NCBI GenBank assembly: GCA_030390025.1
Contig: CM059432.1
Location: 88,724,001 to 88,788,000, forward strand
Length of the DNA: 64,000 nucleotides
Source of the DNA: Squalus acanthias
Taxonomy: Eukaryota
Direction: 5' to 3'
Positions within the stretch are counted from its first letter, which is position 1. Every line of letters begins with the position of its first letter. Both the position numbers and the translations under genes were made by a program. Shown here one piece after another: positions 10,548 to 21,324 of this stretch. A model generated the notes under the pieces. It ran no database searches. It worked only from the letters and a program-made list of their open reading frames with translations, and was not told the DNA's origin.

Positions 10548-10883
10548 AATGAAAGGACTTGGAAGAAGCATTATGCTGAGGTGGAGAGAGATACACCTGT
10601 CTGAATTTTTTTATTCTGTGTTCCTGAATAAAGATTGTTGTTTTTTTGTGTTTTGTTCTTTTTAATAAAGATATATGTGTTTTCCCAAGCAGTGCAGGGG
10701 TGTCGGACCCTCTCTGTGCTTGGTTGTGAAATAAAGATCTTCTTACCTGTATGTACCTAAAACACCACATTTAAAGGGGAATGTATGTTTGGGTTTTAGT
10801 TTAGGTATTACAGGGGAAGGTTGGTTTTTAGGGATCAGGAATTTTGTCCACCCAGGACGATACTGTAGTGAACTGGAAGTATC

Positions 10884-10894
10884 GCAGGAGGGAC
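10884..10894 (+). promoter_or_regulatory. Polypurine tract
   Basis: Short purine run AGGAGGGA one base before the TG of the 3' LTR. Confidence 0.6.
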
Positions 10895-11844
10895 TGTAAT
10901 GTTTCCAAAATTTGCAGATCCCCCCCAAAAAAATCTAAAGGGAAAAATAAGGACTTTGGAACTTTAAAGGAACATGTCTGGACATGTACAACACGTGGAT
11001 CTACCTCTGTGAATAGCAGGCTTGAGATTGCATTGTCTGGGAATTCAAAGCCCAGCAAACATTAACATTTGGACAATAGGCCCTGGGAGAAGGCCGCCCC
11101 ACCCAAAACACAGAGCCCATAGGGATGCTAGGCCCAGCAAGGAACCCAAAGCATGAGAACAATGCAAGCTTCCATGGAACAACAGCTCAACAGGACGCAG
11201 GCCATTTGATTTGGTTTAGCATAGTTGAAGGCCCATCAAAATTTAACAACATAATGAACAGGCCTCACCTGAAAACTCACTGCATTACGAAACCAGTTTT
11301 CGTGAGGAATTTTGTGGGGGGTGGGGCGGGGGGGGGAGAAAAAGGACTATAATTGCAGCAGGACCCAAGATTTCTTTCTCTTTTGACTCGCCGACCACGT
11401 TGGAACAACGCTCCCTCTCAGCTCTGCCCAGAAGCCACATGGTAAAGGAAGACATTCGATGACCAGAATCACCATCAACTTACCTGGCTGGATTTCGTAC
11501 TGTTAATACCCCTGTTTGGTGAGCATTATCCCTGATCTCCTGAAACCGAAACCTAGCTAGAAAGTGGGATTTTTGGGAGGGATAAAGGTTTTTCTTGTAT
11601 ACTGTCATTTTCCCTCGCCTGTAACCATGTGATCCCCAAACCTGTTTAAGTGTGAAGTGTGTTTAAGTTTGTTACCTTTTAATTTTAATAAAAGTTATAG
11701 TTCTTTCATCGGAACCTGTTGTCTACTGCATCTTTATTCACAACCCCTAAATAAGTCCAAGTTTTGAACCTGGGGCGTGGGAGCGATTTGAACCGCTCAC
11801 TGAGTCAAGGGAAAGGCTGACCCCTACCACAACCACCTCCTACA
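10895..11844 (+). repeat. 3' LTR (950 bp)
   Basis: TGTAATG...CCTACA. About 18 substitutions and 3 small indels versus the 5' LTR by hand comparison. Confidence 0.96.
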
Positions 11845-12760
11845 GGGAATACACAATAAATGGTAGGATACTGAGAAGTGTACTGAAAAGATACCTTGGA
11901 GTGCATGTCCACAAATCCCTGAAGGTAGCAGGACAGGTAGATAAGGTGGTTAAGAAGGCATACGGGATACTTTCTTTTATTAGCCGAGGCATAGAATGTA
12001 AGAGTCAGGAGTAAACACAGAAATTGCTGGAAATACTGAGCAGGTCAGACAGCATCTGTGGAGAGAGGAATAGAGACTCTGTTTCTCTCTCCACAGATGC
12101 TGCCTGACTTGCTCAGTATTTCCAGCATTTTCTGTTTTTATTTTGGATTCCCATATCCACAGTATTTTGCTTTTGTATAAGAGCAGGGAGGTTATGCTAG
12201 AACTGTATAAAACATTAGTTGGACCACAGCTAGAGTACTGCGTATAGTTCTGGTCACCACATTACAGGAAAGATGTGATTGCACTGGAGAGTGTACAGAG
12301 GAGATTTACAAGGATGTTGCCAGGACTGGAGAATTTTAGCTATGAGGAAAGATTGGATAGGCTGGGGTTGTTTTCTTTGGAACACTGGCAGCTGAGGGGA
12401 GACTTGATTGAGGCGTATAAAATAATGAGGGGCCTCGATAGAGTGGATAGGAGGGACCTATTTCCCTTAGCAGAGTGGTCAATAACCAGGGGGCATAGAT
12501 TTAAAGTAATTGGTCGAAGGTTTAGAGGGGAGTTGAGGAGAGGGGTTCTGGAACCCACTGCCTGAAAGGGTGGTAGAGGCAGAAACCCTTAGTGCATTTA
12601 AAAAGTACTTGGATATGCACTTGAAGTGCCGTGATCTACAAGGCTACGGACCAAGAGCTGGAAAGTGGGATTAGGCTGGATAGTTCTTTTTCGGCCGGCA
12701 CAGATACAATAGGCCAAATGGCTTCCTTCTGTGCAATAAATTTCTATGATTCTATGATTC
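11845..12760 (+). mobile_element. CR1 LINE 3' part (continuation of 1965-4199) with TTCTATGA tail
   Basis: Resumes at EYTING. ALESVQRRFTRMLPGL...YEERLDRLGLFSLE is CR1 ORF2 C-terminus. Ends TTTCTATGATTCTATGATTC. Confidence 0.93.
12011..12176. repeat. Short palindromic insertion (Penelope-derived hairpin-type repeat) inside CR1
   Basis: Arms ACAGAAATTGCTGGAAATACTGAGCAGGTCAGACAGCATCTGTGGAGAGAG and CTCTCTCCACAGATGCTGCCTGACTTGCTCAGTATTTCCAGCATTTTCTGT. Flanked by an imperfect duplication TAAGAGTCAGGAG / TAAGAGCAGGGAG. Confidence 0.75.
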
Positions 12761-12924
12761 GAAAGCTGTTTTCTACAGTAGATTGAAAGAATTTTTAAAA
12801 ATCTTTGGAAAACTGGCCAGTGTCTTCTTAAACTTATGTGCCACTGGTGGCTAAAATCTTTCTACACACAAATGCTTTTTGTAAGATAATTTGTAATTTG
12901 TATCATAAAATCACCACTGTAAAA

Positions 12925-13250
12925 CTTTTTTAAAATTCGTTCCTGAGATGTGGGCGTCACTGGAAAGTCCAGCATTTATTGCCCATCCCTAATTGACCTT
13001 GAGAAGGTGGTGGTGAGCCGTCTTCTTGAACCGCTGCAGTCCGTGAGGTGAAGGCACTCCCACTGTGCTGTTAGGGAGAGAGTTCCAAGATTTTGACCCA
13101 GTGACGATGAAGGAACAGCGATATATTTCTAAGTCAGGATGGTGTGTGGCTTGGAGGGGAACTTGCAGGGGATGGTGCTCCATGCGCCTGCTGCCCTTGT
13201 CCTTCTAGGTAGTAGAGTTCGTGGGTTTTGGAGGTGCTGTCGAAGAAACT
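12925..13250 (-). mobile_element. 3' fragment of a second LINE family (same family as 33671-34721)
   Basis: Near-identical to 33680-33995. Minus-strand peptide SFIVTGSKSWNSLPNSTVG...GLQRFKK. Confidence 0.85.
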
Positions 13251-14465
13251 GCAGTCAGTTATGAGTCAGAACAAAATAAAAACATTGCGTGGTCAAAAAA
13301 AGTTAATGTCTGCAGCATTATCAGCACTGACCTACCAAAAACATAAAGAACCTCTGCCAGAATTAGTTAAGTGTCAAAAGCTAGCTCCACCTCCAAAAAA
13401 GGTATAAAAAGCAAATGACTTTTAACTTTGCTTTTGCAATGCCCACAAAATCCATCTGTGTTTGATTAGATGGCACACACACAGTTTAGTACTGATGTTA
13501 AACTTGCAAAATCAGGCAGATGATGTTGATGGAATGAAGACAGTTCACTTCTGCTGCCTATTCGATGTGTCCTGTGATAATAGATTTTAGTACAGAATAG
13601 AAACAACCATTAGCAGCTTAAGTTATAAAGCCTTAGCAAGAGCTGACTGGCATCTTTCAATTTTTAGATGCATTTAAAATCCATGCCATAATGTCTTAAC
13701 TCTGTGTAAGACTAAATGACTTCTCATAATAAAGCTTAAGCTTTGATGTTTTATATTGAAGAATTAATGATGCCTGGTTCAGATATGCCAGATGGATTGT
13801 TTCCAGATATATTGGCCTACTTTTTTCATTTTTCATTTATAGAGATTATAAAGAATAATCATGTGCAGTGTGGGTTTAGTGGCTCAAACTAATATACAAT
13901 CCCCCCAAAAAATTGCAGCATAAAAGCAAAGGAATTATTAAAAAAAATAGAGTGCCTGCTTCTGTAATTTGATTACTTGATATGTATTATTTATAACAAC
14001 AATTAGAATTTTACTTTTCCCAGCTACAAATGCAACATGAAAGCATTCGTATTACACGGATGCAATTTAATATGTTTTTACTTAAGAGTATTTGGAATAT
14101 AATTACAACATTAAGAATTACAGGCACTGTCCTAGAAATTGGTTTGCCCCTGAAAACAGGCGCAGTGATCGATGGGCCAAACGGCTTCCTGCTGTGCCAT
14201 AAATTTCTATGATTCTATGATTGAACCTGCGCCCGTTCGGAGGAATGATGGCAGCATGCGAAATGTTTCCTGCCTGCTCATTTCCATGATTGTGGCATTC
14301 AGCCCAGCACTGAATGCTCAGCAGGGGGACCAAGTTCGTGTGAGGCTAGCACCAATTAAAGCTAGCCTGCACTACTTAAAGGCAGTCTGCACCTCTTAAA
14401 GGGGAGGTGCATTCTGCCTGCAGCAGATCATTGAACTGGCTGGGGAAGACCGTTAAAAATAACAA

Positions 14466-16350
14466 ATGATGGTACAACAGGGGAGAGAGTGTGCATCAAG
14501 GTTCTCAGATGCAGCACTGGAGGCCTAGGCACAGGAGGTAGATAGGAGGAGAGAACATTGCAAAGTGCACTGGGAGCAGGTAGCCACTGTGGTGAATGCC
14601 AGCAGTGTAGCCCCAAGGATGTGGATGCAGTGCAGGAAGAAGTTTATTGAACTCACATGAGTGGTCAAGGTCAGTTAATTCATCTTCAAATGTCATATCC
14701 CACCATCTGCACCATAAGCCTCACACGCTGCTCAATACACCACACCCCCATCACTCACCTACCAACAATCTCTAGCAATCACGACTCATACCTCACAATC
14801 ATAGCTTCAGCTCACCCTCACATGCTTACCACTGCTGTAAGCCTCACACCCACATCTCACAGCTCACACACACTCCCAGCTATTCAATGATGACAGGCAC
14901 AGTAGACAAACACATTACACCACACTCACTGACACATTTTCCTTTCTCTTACAGGAAAAGGTGGTTTATAACCAGTGCCAGCCGCACCTAATAGGTGGGG
15001 GATAGGCATGCCTGCATAACCTAACCCCATGGAGGAGACGGTGCTGGTCATTCTTGGAAGGGGCATCGCTGAGCCCGTGGCTAGCAGCGGGGCTGAAAGG
15101 ATACAAGATGCCGATATCCTCATACGTAATCCTCCTTCTCACATCTTGATTTACAAGTTGCACATGGTGTAAGCATGCACCTCTTGCTTTCCCCCCCTCC
15201 CCTCACCACAAACCTATCCTTGTGCCATTCTCATTTCAGAGACCCAAGAAATCCAACCTGCCCAGCCAGTGGTGCAAGAATAAGAGGGAGAGGAAAGTGA
15301 TGAAGAAGGAGAAACACCATCACTCGATCTGACACTCACAGCCACCAACTCAGATACTAGCACTGCGCAGAGTTTAAAGGGTAGCTTAGAGGTGGGATCA
15401 GTACGTGGTGAGTCACTGGGCACGAGTGGGCTGCAGCCAGAGCAGGGGAAAAGGGCAGCACAGGTGCCAGCTCCCCAGAGGGTGAGGTCACACACAAGTT
15501 CTGCTGCAGAGAACTCAGATGAGGACTTTGATGGGCAGCCTATAGAAGAACGCTGATGGGTATGTTCAATGAAATGCTTGGTGCATTGGCAGGCCTGCCA
15601 GAAAGCCTGTGTGGAATGTCAAGGAGCATGGATGAGTCCGGCACCAACCTTGCACAGAGCTTTGCACAGAGCTTGGAGTTAATGATTTTCAGCGTGGAAG
15701 GGGTGGGCAGATACATTCGCACACTTATGGACCCAACCAGGATGAAGCGTCTGATGGCTGATGTCTCAGCTTCCATTGGAGCACAAGCCGAAGCCACCCA
15801 ACGTCTGAGTGCTGCAGTGGAAGCTTAGACTGAAGTCATGCAAGCTCAGACTGTTCTCATGCAGGCTCAGCTTGCTGCCATGCAAGCTCAGGCTGCCGCC
15901 ATCGTGGCTATGTTTACCAGTGTGGAAAGGGGCTTGCAGGGTGTCACTGCAGTCCAGCAATCTGTCCTCCAACAGATAGCTAGGAATGTTGAGGCGCTGC
16001 CCCGGGGGAGTGGCAGTGGCTCCGTGGAGCAAGAACCTGCTGTCCTCTCTCAGGACGACAGCATTCATCCTCCCACCACTGTCACTCCATCAGTGCCCTT
16101 GCTGTTGCCTGTCAACCAGCTTGCCCAGACTGCTGCCGCCCATGCCGAGGTAGTGCAGTCTTCAGCTGGGCTTTCTAGGCCCAGAGCTGCTCGAGGTCAT
16201 CCTGCAAGGCCATCTGCAGTCTCCCCCACTAAAAGTCAGCAGCCTTCCACCAGCCATGCTGCAGCCATTGGGGTAGCACTTCGTAGGAGCACTAGGACAG
16301 GCAAAGGCACATGCAAAACAGGCACTAAGGGAATGCACAAGGGTGATTAG
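14466..16350 (+). pseudogene. Harbinger Myb/SANT-like DNA-binding gene, three exons, decayed
   Basis: RFSDAALEA...WEQVATVVNASSVAPRMWMQCRKKF in the first exon. Later exons are homologous to the minus-strand gene at 47390-49261 and end at TKGMHKGD*. Confidence 0.8.
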
Positions 16351-17396
16351 TTGACTTTGTTATGTAATATTGGATGGGATAGTGTTGGATTGGAATGTTT
16401 ATTTTGTGGTGGCTTTTATTTCATCATTGTGGCCAAGAGGACGCTGTGATGGTCAGTAACAGGGGGATGGTAAGGTGTGGGACTATTGTTGAATGGAGAA
16501 TTGGGGTTGTGGTCACTGGTACCACCATTGGATGAGTCGATCACGGACAGCCCGGGCAAAAAGGGGCTGTCTTGGTTGCCTCCTCCCTTCCGCTTCCTCC
16601 TCTCCCACCTCCTGCTCCACCTCCTCTTCTGCTTTCTCCTCTTCCTCCTCCTCCTCTTCCTCCTGCTCCTCCTCCTCTTCTGCTTTCTCCTCTTTCTCCT
16701 CCTCCTCTTCCTCCTGCTCCTCCACCTCAGCTTGTTGGCGTATGCCCGGTGGCAAGGCCTGGGCCCTCATTATGGCAAGGTTGTGGAGCATGCAACAGAC
16801 CACAATGAATCTTGAGACACATTCTGATGAGTACTGCAGGTTTCCTCCAGAGCGGCCCAGGCAGCAGAAGCATTGTTTAAGAATGCCCATGGTCTGCTCT
16901 CTGAGATTCCATGTGGCAGCATGGCTCTCATTGTATGCATACTCCCCATGTGTGGTTGAGTTGCAGAGCGGAGCGGAGTCATGAGCCAGGAGTCAGCAGA
17001 TAGCCCTTGTCGTCCAGTAACCACCCTCTGGTTTGTCGTGGTGGTTCATAGACTGAGGGAACGGCAAATTGGTACAGAATTAAAGCATCATGACTGCTGC
17101 CAGGATTACAGGCATTCACCATCATGATGTGCTGGGCATGGTCGCACACCAACTGCACATTTTGCGAGTTGTAACCTTTGTGGTTGTGGTACAGCTCAGC
17201 ATTTAGATGCGGCACCTGCAAAATCACGCGCATGCAATTGATGGTGACCTGCACCATGGGGAAGCCCGCTTTCCTGGCAAAGCCACGTGCGCACTCTGCC
17301 TGCTTCTCTCTGGTCAGAGAGAAGAGAGTGAAGTCCCCTCTCCTGGCATAAAGAACGTCTGTCACCTCACTTATGCAGCAATGGACAGTGAACTGG

Positions 17397-18202
17397 TGTA
17401 AGAAATCGTGGATTGAAAGAAATAATAGCCTGTTACGGGTTCCCTAGATCAGCAGGTTGCCTAAGTTGATGAAACAGAAAGATTCCAGTCATGTCAGAAA
17501 AATAGCTGTACAGAGAGTTGAATTACGAGGTCAGAACACAAAAACAGGCCTTTGAGTGGGCATAGCTAGGCCTGATAAGGGATGCAGCAAGGAGCTGTAG
17601 GATAAACAAGCTGTCTACAAGAGGGCAAGAAGACCTTTAGAACAGAGATAAGGAGAAAAATGACCTCATGAGGCTGGGAGGGGGTTGTCATAGGTAGCCT
17701 CTCCCTTGTAATTGGACAATAGGATGGGGAACAAATGATTAACACCAGGTAATCACCAGCCCACCAAAATAACTATAAATATAGACGACCGAGAGAGGAA
17801 ATCAGGCAGTTAGGGGTGAAGGCTTCCCTGAGGTGGTTTAGGCCTAACACCTTGACCAAGTTTAGCCTCTGAGGTGGAAACCAATGCTGGCATATGCCTA
17901 ACACCTCCAACAGCTCAAGGGACGAATCAACAGAGGTGACTGCTGTTACCGGCTGCAGAGACCCGCTGACCCGAGACCTCCCGCTGTCTCATCGGGCATC
18001 TAGCCGTCCGTCCAGTCGTGGCATTCCGCTTTGGGAGTCGTAGCTTGCTCTCTATTGTCACGGGTTGTATGTCTATTATACTCAGCTTAAACCAAATGTA
18101 ATATCTGATTATGCTTTAAAACTGTAGCTCTTTAATAAAACGCCTTACAACTCCTAAGACCCTTTGGGTAATCTGTGTGTGACCTGTGATCCAAATCTTA
18201 CA
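17397..18202 (+). mobile_element. Solo LTR (806 bp), TSD CTGG
   Basis: Termini TGTAAGA...TCTTACA with CTGG duplicated on both sides. TATA-like CTATAAAT near 17773, AATAAA at 18134. The transposase rejoins across it. Confidence 0.92.
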
Positions 18203-18461
18203 CTGGGAGATGTTACAGATGTCGCCTGCTCCAGCCTGCAAGGATCCCGACGCGAGGAAATTCAGGGCCACGGTCACCTTCACAGCCACTGGCAGCACTG
18301 TCCTTGCTCTGATGTGAGGCTGCAGGTCTGGTTGCAAGAGGTGGTAGAGTTCTGTGAGCACGTCCTTTGTAAAGGGCAGACACCTCACACACTGCTCCTG
18401 GCTCAGGCTGAGGTAAGAGAATTGCTCTCGGAAGACCCTAGGTGGGTAAGGACTCCTGCTG

Positions 18462-20168
18462 TGTAGAATTCGCAATATATCGCGATTTTATTAATAAGGA
18501 GAAAAACACAGAGTTTCGTTCAAACAGCTTTTATTTCAGCAGAATGCTGTCAGGTTTTCAAAGTGGACACAAGCAGCTTGTAAAATGGCCGCCGCACCTC
18601 GTGACAGAACATTCTAGACTTTTCGACAGGCAGACAAGATGGCGTTCCAATAAACATTTGTGCAAGATCGATTAAGACTCAGCACATTGAAGATAATACA
18701 CGAGACATCATGGGTTTACAGTATACACATAAATACTGAAATCGGTCCCCCAGGTACGAATAAGAGCTATTGTACCAAGTAATCAAGAACCCATCCAAAG
18801 ACATTAATATGTAAAATCCCAACGACTCTACGATGAGAGAGCCGTTAGCGGGTAGTTACAGAAAACACCTGGAAGCCCAAAACCCCTCCAGGGAGAACAC
18901 CGACCGATTAAACAATGGGAGAAATATTAACAGGTACTCAGACATTTACGAGTAGCCCCGAAACCCATTAAAACGAAGATCACCCTATACAAGACATTTT
19001 GAGCGCCAAACCCTAACAAAAGAAAAGACATTAAGGTTGGGCGGGAAAACGGAAGATTTTGCACTATAATTGCAAGCTCCAAACCGTCCATCGCTCTCTT
19101 ATTCGGTTGACTCTTATCTTGCTGGTGTTTATCCTCGTGGCTGCTCTTGACTCGCCGTCTTGTTCCTGCTTGCCTCGTGTCTCTTTTCAAAAGACTGTTG
19201 AACTTTACGATCCGCTCGAATCTACCCCGGGTCGTGTCGCGAAGACCTGTGTAGAACTGGGCTCTGAAGCCTGGAAGCGGGCGCACCATCCCGATAAGTC
19301 GGTAAACGGTGTTGGAACCGAAGGCCCGAGATGAGATGAGATGAGATGAGATGAGATGAGAAGAGGAGAAGACCATACTTATCGCCACGGTCAGTAAGCT
19401 CCGACTGCGCCTGTAGGTCGAATAGACATTTTCCTTGCCAGGAAGACTTCTTCGAGTTTTACAGAACTGACAGGAAGACTATTTTTCGAATTTTATCGAA
19501 CCCGTGCGAGGGCACAGGAAGACTCTTTTTTGAGTATAGTCGGAACTCCGAGGACAACACAGATCTTCATGACAGCAGACGTTCCAGCCTGCTAGCCGGA
19601 GCAGAAACGAGTAAACAAGTGGGGCCAGGAGACCCCCTGATCGACACGTGGGCGCTGCGGTGAAAAACATCCGATCAGAGTTTTCGGAATTCTCCGAGTT
19701 ATCACGAGTGGTGAGCATGAGTCTCGAATCCTACGAATCTAGCTTAGGACAGATATTGATAGGGGAGGGTTTTAAGTATTAAGGATAATTGTAATGTGTG
19801 CCCCCATTTACGATGTGTCGTTCGTTCCTCGTTTCCCTGAAATTAGTTACATAACTGCGTGTAAGATTATACTGTCATTAATCTGTGCTTATGACATGTA
19901 TTTCGTAATCTTAAGTAATATGCAATAAAGATTTTCCATTTCGTACCATTCAACCGAGTCTACCTGAGTTTCATCTCCATTACTGCTCTCGCATCTAAGT
20001 CCAGTGTCTAGAACCGTAAGGGCGAGTGGGTCGAACCACTCACAGGTGTCTAGTGCTCCCAGACTGGCTGGAGACCAGAACAGGCAACAAGGCCTAAACC
20101 CGCACTAGCACCCGGGCTGCACAGAGCCACACGAATCTCACAGGCTGAGAGACAGAAAAACCCTTACA
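18462..20168 (+). mobile_element. Solo LTR (1707 bp), TSD GCTG
   Basis: TGTAG...TTACA with GCTG duplicated. AATAAA at 19924, internal (GAGAT)n near 19328-19360. A second copy lies at 50793-52464. Confidence 0.92.
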
Positions 20169-20911
20169 GCTGAGAGCCATTCTTCCACTCTTCCTGATCC
20201 CTCTGCGAGCAGCTTGTCCTTTTCTTCACTGCCTCGGCTCCATCTCCCTGTCATGCTGCAGGCCAAGGTGGATGACAACTAGAGCACCCATGACTGGGAG
20301 CTAGTGGTCTGACCAGAACCCTTGAAGTCAGAAGCAAGGTCTTCTCCACTTGCAGCACCATTCCCTGTCACCTCACCAACTTTAAACAACTCTAGAAAGC
20401 TCCAAACACTTCCACAAACTTACACAGAGCTAGTAGAAATTAATCAGCAACTAACCTGTAAGTAGGTAATGATCCCTTTAAATATCACTGGTAGGGGGTC
20501 TTTGCCACTGTTGAACGCCTGTTCAGCTGTGCGAGGTTAAGACAGGGCATTAGTTCCAGCGTTGAGGACGTAAATGGTAGCACTGGTGTCAAATCAGCGT
20601 TGCACGCTGATTGACGTCATGATATGCTTACTCAATATACCTCTGGCGCACGCTCCCAGCGCCAATGCTCATGCCCTCACCACCAGCATACACCAGAAGT
20701 ATGAGCGTGTGACACGGACGCCATTTTCATCACAAAATGGCACCCGTGATGCCGAAAAATTGGGCATTATGGAGCCGAATTTACTGAGTCTATAATATAT
20801 GTGGCAAATATCTGAAACAAAATGTAATACCTCAACAAATGCCACCAATATGCCAAGAAAATGCAGATTTCTTTTTAACTTATATTAATATGATAGTGTA
20901 ATTTTCATGTA

Positions 20912-21324
20912 CAGGAAACTTTCGTTTATCCGGCATCGATGGGACCGGCGTGGTGCCGGTTTATCGAAAGTACCGGATAACAGAGAGTTATATCTACCGA
21001 GGCTATTTTTAACAAAGAGACTCCAAGCAGCACGGGAGAATCTACTCATGCTACTGCAGTGTTTCGGACTTGCGACAGCGCCAGGAGGCCGAGTAGTGGC
21101 ACTTTTGAAAAGTACCCCTACTGACTAAATCGGCGTTCGCGGACTCGGGATCGACAACATTGCCGGTTATTTGAGAGGATTTTTCAGAGCACTCGGCGTT
21201 CGCGGAGACTCGACTGCGACTCGGCAACATTGCCGGTTAATTGAGAGGAGTTTTCGGAGGATGATTTTTGCCGGTTAAGCGAGAATTCCGGATATTTGGG
21301 TGCCGGATAAACGAAAGTTTCCTG
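20912..21324. mobile_element. Tc1/mariner (pogo/Tigger-like) MITE, 413 bp
   Basis: Perfect 24-bp TIR CAGGAAACTTTCGTTTATCCGGCA flanked by TA on both sides. Internal ~55-bp direct repeat near 21131 and 21193. Confidence 0.92.

Larger units (their letters stand above)
4200..11844 (+). mobile_element. Endogenous retrovirus-like LTR element, LTR-PBS-gag-ORFX-env-PPT-LTR, lacking pol (non-autonomous; Loki-like or env-bearing Gypsy-like)
   Basis: Direct terminal repeats 4200-5141 and 10895-11844, both TGTAA...TACA. PBS, CCHC gag, env-like ORF and purine tract are present. The flanking CR1 sequence rejoins (AAGGCAA / GGGAATACAC). No RT, RNase H or integrase core motif found. Confidence 0.95.
16513..20291 (-). 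pseudogene. Harbinger transposase, split by two solo LTRs
   Basis: Pieces PYPPRVFREQFSYL (18203-18461), ARGFARKAGFPMVQ...HKGYNSQNVQLVCDH and ILKQCFCCL...CCMLHNLA plus a poly-Glu tail. Probable ATG at 20291. Confidence 0.88.
14129..20790. mobile_element. Decayed full-length PIF/Harbinger transposon (convergent Myb-like and transposase genes) carrying two solo LTRs
   Basis: Myb-like gene on plus and transposase on minus. The left end GTCCTAGAAATTGG resembles the Harbinger end at 40645. Boundaries are approximate. Confidence 0.85.
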
